DNA of 32,806 nt from an uncultured bacterium. Lineage in GTDB: Bacteria > Abyssobacteria > SURF-5. Where the stretch lies: NCBI GenBank assembly GCA_964510165.1, contig CAZEBC010000024.1, forward strand, positions 1 through 32,806, written 5' to 3'. The number at the start of each line of letters is the position of its first letter. The first letter of the stretch is position 1. The notes under the pieces were generated by a model. That model did no database searches. It saw nothing but the letters and a program-made list of their open reading frames with translations, and was not told the origin of the DNA. The translations under genes and the position numbers were made by a program. Shown piece by piece: positions 25,917 through 32,806 of the stretch.

Positions 25917-26780
25917 ATGGAGACGATACGAACGAAGACCGCTGACGGCGTCCGCACCATAATTCTTTGCCGCGCTCAGGAATACAATACGATCACGCCG
26001 AAGCTTCGTGATGAACTCGCCGCCGCGATCGACGAGGCCGACGCCGACTCCGAAGTCAGGGTCATCCTGCTGCAAGCGGAGGGCCGGGCCTTCTGCGCGG
26101 GCTACGGGCTTGACTGGTCAACGGCGGCCCAGGCCGAGCAATCGTTGAGCGGGGATGCAGGAGCCGGAAGGCGCGTCTGGGATTCCGTCGCCGACATGCA
26201 GGTGATGTCCACGTTTGTCAATACCTACATGAAGTTGTGGTACGCGAGGAAGCCTACAATCGCGGCGGTGCAGGGTTGGTGCATTGGCGGCGGGACCGAC
26301 ATGGTCTTGTGCGCCGACATCATCATCGCAGCCGAGGATGCGGTCTTCGGATATCCGCCGTCGCGAGTGTGGGGAACGCCCACCACGGCGATGTGGGTGT
26401 ATCGGATGGGCCTGGAGCGGGCCAAGCGGTACCTGCTCACAGGCGACGAAATACCAGCCAGCAAAGCGTCAGAGATCGGCCTTATCCTCGAGACCGTTCC
26501 CGACGAGCAATTGCACGAACATGCCTTTGCCCTGGCCAGGCGCATGGCTCAAGTGCCGACGAATCAGCTTGTCATGCTGAAGCTGCTCTTAAACCAGACC
26601 GTCGAGAACATGGGATTTGCATCGAGCAGGCTGCTCGGCACTCTGTTTGATGGGATCGCGCGGCACACGCAGGAGGGGCTTGATTTCGTTCGTCGGGCGC
26701 AGGAGGTTGGGTTCCGCGAGGCAGTGCGCGAGCGTGACAACCCGTTCGGAGACTACGGCAGCCGGAAGAGGCAGGTATAG
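25917..26780 (+). CDS. Crotonase/enoyl-CoA hydratase family protein (resembles the EchA2-type subgroup)
   Basis: AFCAGYGL, KPTIAAVQGWCIGGGTD, GYPPSRVWG, AKRYLLTGD and C-terminal RDNPFGDY. Confidence 0.9.
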   Translation: METIRTKTADGVRTIILCRAQEYNTITPKLRDELAAAIDEADADSEVRVILLQAEGRAFCAGYGLDWSTAAQAEQSLSGDAGAGRRVWDSVADMQVMSTFVNTYMKLWYARKPTIAAVQGWCIGGGTDMVLCADIIIAAEDAVFGYPPSRVWGTPTTAMWVYRMGLERAKRYLLTGDEIPASKASEIGLILETVPDEQLHEHAFALARRMAQVPTNQLVMLKLLLNQTVENMGFASSRLLGTLFDGIARHTQEGLDFVRRAQEVGFREAVRERDNPFGDYGSRKRQV

Positions 26781-26814
26781 CAGGCTGAAAGCTTACACTG
26801 CAATGCGGACGGGC

Positions 26815-28227
26815 CTATCGCATGTATCCCAGCGCTTTCAGGCTCTCCTTCATTTCATCATCGATTTCCGGAGAAGCGGTCGTGGAAGGTCGTTTTGACT
26901 CGTGTGCGATACTCAACGCTTGTGATTGGAGACGGCTTGCCATCTTGGGCAAGTCTTCTCGAAGGTCTCTGCTCTCATCCGGATCGGCCTCGATGTTGTA
27001 CAGTTCGTGTTGGCCTGTCGAGCTCCAAATAAGTTTGTAGTCCCCATCATAGATGGCCTTGAGGTCCCGGTCGAAACGAGCGCCGTATGCAACGATCCAG
27101 CCCACATCTCGAAAGATCTCTGCAATCAGGACCTGTTCCTTGTCATGCAGCGTGCCGGACGCAACCGTCTTGGGGACAGGGTGTCCAATATATTCCAGGA
27201 GAGTGGGCATGAGGCTCAGGAGCGACACTCGCTCTTTCACCACCCCGATTTTCTTGTCTTTCAGGGGATACTTTATGATCAGAGGCACCCGGATCAACTC
27301 CTCGTACAATGCTCTCCCATGGCCGAGCAGCCGGTGTTCTCCGAAGCTTTCACCGTGGTCCGATGTTACGACAATCAGAGTCGAATCGTACACACCAAGC
27401 CTTTTCATTTCCGAGAAGAGCCGTTTGATCTGACTGTCAACGAACCCGATCTCACCGTCATATTGCAGAAGAAGCAGGCGATGCTCTTCCCCGGTCAAGT
27501 CACGGTTCGCCTTAAGCACGTCGTCATAGCGACCGCTATTGCTGGAGCAGAGCTCCAGCGGGATTGTGGGATCGCCCCACGGCTCGGGGGGCGTGTATGG
27601 GCTATGGGCGTCATAGTAATTGAGGAACAGGAAGAACGGCTTCTCGGAGAATTCAACCAAGTGGCGCCTGAGCCATTGAACGGCCAGGTCGGTCGTCTCA
27701 TGGGCGCGCCGATGAAACTCAGATTTTTTCGCGCTGAAGAGGTTCTTGTCGTCGTAATAGTCGAACCCCTTATTGGTCCCGAACCGGGAGTGCAGGAGCG
27801 GCCCGCTTATGACAGCGCCGGTTCCATAGCCTGCCTTTTTCAATTCCTCCGCGAGCGTGGGCAATTCCGCGTCCATCTTGTTTGCCTGAAACAGACCGGC
27901 GCCTGCATTGGCATCATTTGTCACATAATGGGCGCCGTGACGCGAAGGCAGAACTCCGGTGAACATGGATGCATGCGCGGGAAGCGTCCAGGAGGCCGGC
28001 GTGATGGCGCGCTGATATCTGACTCCCTCGGCGGCAAGCTTATCGATGGTGGGCGTGGTGTTCTTGGCCTGACCGTAACATGAGATTCGGTCCCAACGCA
28101 CCGTATCCAAGGTGATCAACAGGATGTTCGGTTTTGGACGAGGGCCGAAGAAACGGAAGGCCCAGAGCGCGCCCATTGCCGCAAGGAAGAACAGGATCAG
28201 GATGACCGATAACTTACCCCGATTCAT
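26815..28227 (-). CDS. Membrane-anchored sulfatase-like protein (alkaline phosphatase superfamily)
   Basis: PNILLITLDTVR.D, WTLPAHASMFTG, GFDYYD, DAHSPY, YDGEI, SDHGE and C-terminal LKALGY, with an N-terminal TM anchor. Start is ATG 28227 or GTG 28233. Confidence 0.9.
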   Translation of the reverse strand: MNRGKLSVILILFFLAAMGALWAFRFFGPRPKPNILLITLDTVRWDRISCYGQAKNTTPTIDKLAAEGVRYQRAITPASWTLPAHASMFTGVLPSRHGAHYVTNDANAGAGLFQANKMDAELPTLAEELKKAGYGTGAVISGPLLHSRFGTNKGFDYYDDKNLFSAKKSEFHRRAHETTDLAVQWLRRHLVEFSEKPFFLFLNYYDAHSPYTPPEPWGDPTIPLELCSSNSGRYDDVLKANRDLTGEEHRLLLLQYDGEIGFVDSQIKRLFSEMKRLGVYDSTLIVVTSDHGESFGEHRLLGHGRALYEELIRVPLIIKYPLKDKKIGVVKERVSLLSLMPTLLEYIGHPVPKTVASGTLHDKEQVLIAEIFRDVGWIVAYGARFDRDLKAIYDGDYKLIWSSTGQHELYNIEADPDESRDLREDLPKMASRLQSQALSIAHESKRPSTTASPEIDDEMKESLKALGYMR

Positions 28228-28250
28228 TCGCACACGCCTTTTTCACGTTC

Positions 28251-29945
28251 TTAGACGCCCTCATAAAGCGAGTCTATCTCTTCTTGCGGCACGTCAAAAA
28301 CGAGGTCGTGCGGCTTGATTCTCTGTTCCCGCATGAACTCCGGCAGGCGGTCATGGGCCGGGGTGAAGCCCGCGCGCCGGTTGAAATCAAGTTCGGCGCG
28401 GAGTGTGCTTTTGCCCAGCTCGATGAGGTCGGCCTCGGCATAAGGCTTGCCATTCAGAGCGGTCAGCAGGCGCGTCAGGAAATCGTTATAGCCGGGACAT
28501 CCCCTCGATGAGAACATGCACATGCCGAGCGAATCTATGTATCCCATCTGTATCTGGAGCGCGCGCGACTTTTCAACTTTTCCCTCGGGGCTGTGTATCG
28601 TGTTGTCATACATGATGCCGGCGGTGTGGTCGGCGCCCATCGGACTGGTGGAGTAGGTGACGCCGACGATCTTGTTGCTCTGGGGATGATGTGCCGGAAT
28701 CGCCTGTCCCTTGACAGCCGGCACGCGCTTCACTCCGAGGAGCTTTCCGGTAACGACGACGCCGCTGCCGATCATGCGGCCTCGCGCCGTTCCCTTCGCG
28801 ACTTCCTGGATCAGTTCGATCGCGCTCTCGCTGTCGCCGAACTTGATGTAGCCCGACTCCATCGCCACGCCCAGCGCGGCGCCGGTCTCGATGGTGTCAA
28901 GCCCGCAGTCATTGAGAAGCCGGTTCATATGCGCGATGGCGTCAATGTCGTTGATGAGCAGGTTCGAGCCGAGCATTGCGACCGTCTCGTACTCCAGGCC
29001 GCCCACCAGGAATTTGCCGTCCTTGTCGTTGTATATGATCGAGCATCGAATCGAGCAGCTCGGCGAGCAGCTATGCAGCCTGCCGCCGCGCGTCCTTGCG
29101 ACCGCCATGATTGCGGCTCCGTCGATCTTCCTTGCGTCCTCATAACAGCCTGCGGCGAAATTTCGGGTTGGAAGCGTGCCGAAGGCGTTGAAGTTCGGGA
29201 TGCCGCCGGGCGTGCCGTAATTGCGGAGTTGTTCAAAAAAGCCGCCGCCCTCGCGCAGGAGTTTGGACATCTCGCGTGAAGCTTTGGAGAATTCGCTCTT
29301 GTCTCTTGGCTTGACCGGGTGCGTGCCGGAGTCGTCGATCACGACCGCCTTGACTCCGCGCGAGCCCATGACGGCGCCCATTCCTCCCCGGCCCGCATGC
29401 CGGTTGGGCAATCCCTCGATATCGGTGACGGCAACGCTTGCGCCGGGAAGCTTCATCTCACCCGCCTGGCCGACCGACATAACGGACACCTTCGGGCCGT
29501 ACCGTTTATGAAGCCGCTCGCATGCGGCGTAGTTGCCCAGGCCGGCAACGTCAGCGGCGTCTTCTATGGAACAGTGATCCTTCGCAATCTTCAGAATATA
29601 CATTCTCTCGTCTTGGGGCTGGCCCTCGATCACTATTGCCGCTATCCCGAGCCGCGCCAGCTTGTCTGAGGCCGAGCCGCCGACATTGCTCTCCTTGATG
29701 CCGCCCGTAAGCGGGCTTTTCCCGCCGACTGACAGGCGCCCCGAGCACGGCGCGCCGGTTCCCGAGAGAAGCCCTGGCGCCGCCACGAGCTTGTTGTATG
29801 GCCCGAGGGGCGAGCACGCGGGATCAACCTCTGTGCTGATGATGGAGGAAGTAAGCCCGCGTCCGCCGAGGTTGGCGTATTTCTTCGGAACCTCCCCAAG
29901 CCTCGACTTGAGGTTGGCCATGTCGACTCTGAGAATCTTCTTCAT
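28251..29945 (-). CDS. aor: Aldehyde:ferredoxin oxidoreductase family (tungstopterin, 4Fe-4S)
   Basis: LGGRGL, KSPLTGGIKES, GRGGMGAVMGS.GVKA, CSPSCSIRC, EYET, GLDTIE, GADH and DSLGMCMF. Confidence 0.93.
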   Translation of the reverse strand: MKKILRVDMANLKSRLGEVPKKYANLGGRGLTSSIISTEVDPACSPLGPYNKLVAAPGLLSGTGAPCSGRLSVGGKSPLTGGIKESNVGGSASDKLARLGIAAIVIEGQPQDERMYILKIAKDHCSIEDAADVAGLGNYAACERLHKRYGPKVSVMSVGQAGEMKLPGASVAVTDIEGLPNRHAGRGGMGAVMGSRGVKAVVIDDSGTHPVKPRDKSEFSKASREMSKLLREGGGFFEQLRNYGTPGGIPNFNAFGTLPTRNFAAGCYEDARKIDGAAIMAVARTRGGRLHSCSPSCSIRCSIIYNDKDGKFLVGGLEYETVAMLGSNLLINDIDAIAHMNRLLNDCGLDTIETGAALGVAMESGYIKFGDSESAIELIQEVAKGTARGRMIGSGVVVTGKLLGVKRVPAVKGQAIPAHHPQSNKIVGVTYSTSPMGADHTAGIMYDNTIHSPEGKVEKSRALQIQMGYIDSLGMCMFSSRGCPGYNDFLTRLLTALNGKPYAEADLIELGKSTLRAELDFNRRAGFTPAHDRLPEFMREQRIKPHDLVFDVPQEEIDSLYEGV

Positions 29946-29949
29946 CACG

Positions 29950-31263
29950 TTACTCCTTCAGGCTTTTCAAATAATCGCTAATCATAGGGGCGGCCTTGAT
30001 TGCCGAATCGAACGCGATATCGCCGCTGCAGCCGTCGCCCTTTGCCGTGTCGCCCACAAAGAACAGGTTCTCAACATGCGGAGACCGTATCTCGTGCCGG
30101 TCCACCCGTGTCTGCCCGACCTTGAGATGCACGCCGTCGAGGATGAGATACGCAAGCGGTCTCTCCCATTCGACATGCTCGAAGAACGTCGGATAGAGCC
30201 TTCGGATGAATTCGCGCAACGAATCGAGCGCCGACTGGAGCGCAGACCCCTTCTTCGCATCCCTGTAGGGGATGACCATAAGCCACGTGGATAGCTGCTT
30301 GCCGGTCGGCGCGAGTGTCTTGTCGTAATTCGACGGGAAACTCCCGAGCACCACGGGGTCGAGGCAGATGATGTTTCCCTCAATTTCGGCGACCGGCTGC
30401 GAGAGGCCGAAGTCAATGCTCACGCCCGAGGTCGGCTCCAGGTTCTTAGCGTAGGAAACGAAATCATTCGGGAAGTACTTCTTGTCGATGAACTGGAACA
30501 GGCGCTGAACAGGCGGAGTGAATACGACCGCGTCTGCGGTGTGGAGCCGACCGCCTTCAAGCACGCCGATTGCCCTTCCGTTCTGAACCTCGATTCGCTC
30601 GACTTTTGTTCCGACGCGTATCTCTCCTCCGCCGGTTTTCATTGCTCGCGCGAGCTTTTCGATAATCTGCTTCGCGCCGCCGCGCGGTTCGGCCACGGGC
30701 TCTTCGGCCATCTGCGCGTTCTTGATGAAGCTGATGACCTCCCCTGCGGAGGCCGTTTCGATGTCGGGCGCTATGATCGCGAACCCGAGCAGCCGGAAGA
30801 ATCGCTTGACATGTTCGTCCTGAGTGTGCCTTTCCACGAACTGCAAGAGCGTCTTGTCGTACCAGTCGGCCGGGTCTTCGGCGACCATGGCGAAGACCGT
30901 CTGCAAGAGCGCAGGTCTGCTTTCCTCCGGCACGAGTTCGGTCGTCATGAAATCCTCGATCGCGCTCGGCCTCTTGAGCAGCTTGCCGTCCTGATAGACG
31001 TATGAGGTGCGGTCTTTCTTCTTGGCGAACACAAGCGATTCGCCGACCAGATCGAGCGTCTTGGCCGCCGGGCCGGAGTGTCCGAAACGGTTGGCGTGCA
31101 GACCAAGATCAACGACGTATCCGTTCTTCTCGATGCACTTGGCGCGGCCCCCGAGTTCCGTGTCGGCCTCGAACAGGGTGACGGCGACGCCTTTCCTGGC
31201 CAGCATGGCGCCTATCGAGAGCCCGCCGAATCCGCCGCCGACAACGATGACTTTTCTCTGCAT
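29950..31263 (-). CDS. FAD/NAD(P)-dependent oxidoreductase (phytoene desaturase/amine oxidase-like fold)
   Basis: VVGGGFGGL, E....LGGR, GYVVDLG.H, PRGG...I and NLFFVGD. ATG at 31263 has a GAGG RBS. Confidence 0.88.
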   Translation of the reverse strand: MQRKVIVVGGGFGGLSIGAMLARKGVAVTLFEADTELGGRAKCIEKNGYVVDLGLHANRFGHSGPAAKTLDLVGESLVFAKKKDRTSYVYQDGKLLKRPSAIEDFMTTELVPEESRPALLQTVFAMVAEDPADWYDKTLLQFVERHTQDEHVKRFFRLLGFAIIAPDIETASAGEVISFIKNAQMAEEPVAEPRGGAKQIIEKLARAMKTGGGEIRVGTKVERIEVQNGRAIGVLEGGRLHTADAVVFTPPVQRLFQFIDKKYFPNDFVSYAKNLEPTSGVSIDFGLSQPVAEIEGNIICLDPVVLGSFPSNYDKTLAPTGKQLSTWLMVIPYRDAKKGSALQSALDSLREFIRRLYPTFFEHVEWERPLAYLILDGVHLKVGQTRVDRHEIRSPHVENLFFVGDTAKGDGCSGDIAFDSAIKAAPMISDYLKSLKE

Positions 31264-31320
31264 ACCGGACCTCATTGAGAGTTCGAACCGTCTGGTTGGG
31301 AGGAATTACGGGACCGTTCC

Positions 31321-31350
31321 ATTATATGAGGGGTTGCGATTCCAACGCAA
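31321..31350 (-). promoter_or_regulatory. Putative sigma70 promoter with a palindromic site, upstream of the oxidoreductase-aor-sulfatase genes
   Basis: Minus strand TTGCGT-N18-TATAAT. TTGCG-N7-CGCAA (31334-31350) overlaps the -35 and spacer. Confidence 0.55.
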
Positions 31351-31413
31351 GCGTTATCTGTTGTGAGAGGAGAGGAAATGAATAACGATAGGGGATTGCT
31401 CCTCGCCTCGCTC

Positions 31414-32805
31414 TCAAGTGGCTTCGACAAGAGGCTCTTTCATGGAGGCGGCTTGGGCCTTCTTGTCCTCTATTTCCGCGCGGATGCGCGCGTGCACTTC
31501 CTGAGTTATCGGGTAGTTGCGGAGCAGGAGATACCCTCCAAAGAAGCAGACGGCGGGCAGGATGCTGTACAGGAATTTCAATGTCCAGAACACCCTCAAC
31601 GGCTGCTCGACGTTGGGAATATACCCCATCAGCGCCAGCGCCTGCATTCCGAGGAACACCGTCATGCCGGCCGCTCCCTTTTCGATCAGGAACCAGATGC
31701 CGAAATACGCGCCCTCCCTGCGCCGCCCGGTTTCGAGTTCATCCATGTCAATCACGTCGGCCATCATAGAGTAGGCGAGCGCCAAGGTGCAGCCGTAGCC
31801 AAAACCGGCAAGTCCGGCCAGGATGATCCAGACGAGCCACGTGCCTTGATGGTAATACGTGGAGAGCAGGAAGATGACGGATGAGAACACGAGCGCGTAG
31901 GACCAGGTCTCCTTCTTGCCGATCTTGCGCGAAAGGCGCGTCCAGAACACGATGGAAAGCGCCGTGAACAAGAGATAGACGACTATGATGACGGGCGCGA
32001 TCTTCGGCGTCTTCACCACATAATCCGCCATATACAACGTGAGTATGGGCACGAGCGAATTGCCCATGAAGGCGATGACAAATACCAGGAGCAATACGCG
32101 GAACGGCCGGTTCCTGAAGATGACCTTTATCCCTTCTTTGATCGCTATGGGGCGCTGCTTCTGAAATTCCGGGTTTTCCTTAATATTGAAAAAGGCGATG
32201 AAAATGGAGGCCGCCGTAATGGTCCCCGTAATGAGCGAGAGAAGAGAATAGCCCTTGCGTTGGTCGCCCAGGAGGTTCACGAGGAAGATCGGGGCGGTGG
32301 CGGCCACCAGCGTCCCAAGCACGCCCAGCGATTCCCTGACGCCGGTCAATACGGTGCGCTCGTGATAGTCCATCGTGATCTCGGCTCCGAGCGAGTTGTA
32401 CGGAATCGAGAAGATGGTCCAGAACGTGTACGTCATCAGGTATGCCACAGTGACAAAGACGAACAACTCAAACCCTTTCAAGTCACTGGGGGGGGACCAC
32501 AGGAAATAATAAGCGATGGCGACGGGAATCGCGCTGATGATGAAGTAGGGGCGCCGCCTCCCCATACGCGACTGCGTCCTGTCGGAGATGTGCCCCATCA
32601 CCGGGTCGGTGATGGCGTCCCAGAAGCGCCCGATAAGGAACGTGACGCCGATGAGGGCGGGGCTCAGCAGCAATGTGTCGGTATAGAACTTCGGCAGATA
32701 GATGACGACAGTAAGAAACATGATCGCCGAACCAAACCTCGGCAGGGCATAGCTGAAAATCTCGCGGCGGGAAAGTTTGCGTCCAACGGCCGGCGCGGAA
32801 GCATT
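31414..32805 (-). CDS. MFS transporter, glycoside-pentoside-hexuronide (GPH/MelB-like) family; 5' end outside the window
   Basis: RFWDAITDPVMGHISDRT.SR.GRRRPY, IPYNSLGAE.T.DYHER and MMADVID.DEL.TG.RREG.YFG. The frame stays open to the window edge (NASAPAVGRKLSRREIFSY...). Confidence 0.93.
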   Translation of the reverse strand, partial: NASAPAVGRKLSRREIFSYALPRFGSAIMFLTVVIYLPKFYTDTLLLSPALIGVTFLIGRFWDAITDPVMGHISDRTQSRMGRRRPYFIISAIPVAIAYYFLWSPPSDLKGFELFVFVTVAYLMTYTFWTIFSIPYNSLGAEITMDYHERTVLTGVRESLGVLGTLVAATAPIFLVNLLGDQRKGYSLLSLITGTITAASIFIAFFNIKENPEFQKQRPIAIKEGIKVIFRNRPFRVLLLVFVIAFMGNSLVPILTLYMADYVVKTPKIAPVIIVVYLLFTALSIVFWTRLSRKIGKKETWSYALVFSSVIFLLSTYYHQGTWLVWIILAGLAGFGYGCTLALAYSMMADVIDMDELETGRRREGAYFGIWFLIEKGAAGMTVFLGMQALALMGYIPNVEQPLRVFWTLKFLYSILPAVCFFGGYLLLRNYPITQEVHARIRAEIEDKKAQAASMKEPLVEAT

Positions 32806-32806
32806 A

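Noticed and set aside
26926-28083. 385-aa plus-strand ORF
   Set aside because: Antisense to the sulfatase-like gene, which carries all the conserved motifs.

Overview
GC-rich bacterial chromosomal segment with no recognisable phage, IS, CRISPR, rRNA or tRNA genes. On the + strand it carries the 3' end of groEL, a palindrome-rich spacer and a GldA/GldF/GldG-like ABC exporter with a 4-repeat DUF4340 protein. Converging on these is a small regulatory cassette: an XRE repressor plus an ImmA/IrrE-family peptidase whose zinc motif is CELGH instead of HExxH. The cassette has its own extended -10 promoter, a palindromic operator and a ~107-nt structured leader. Next comes a ~13.5-kb minus-strand run (BatD-like, moxR, DUF58, membrane protein, batA-E) that continues without a real gap into glnD and degP. 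The rest holds a 14-repeat beta-propeller protein with a CFI-box-CTERM tail behind a sigma54-type promoter, an EmrAB-type efflux pair separated by heptamer repeats, a crotonase, and a minus-strand metabolic block (GPH transporter, FAD oxidoreductase, aldehyde:ferredoxin oxidoreductase, Thr-type sulfatase-like protein). The best novelty candidates are the leader-RNA/XRE/CExxH-peptidase switch, the sigma54-driven CFI-box-CTERM propeller and the bat-glnD-degP operon. All calls come from reading motifs by eye; no searches were run.
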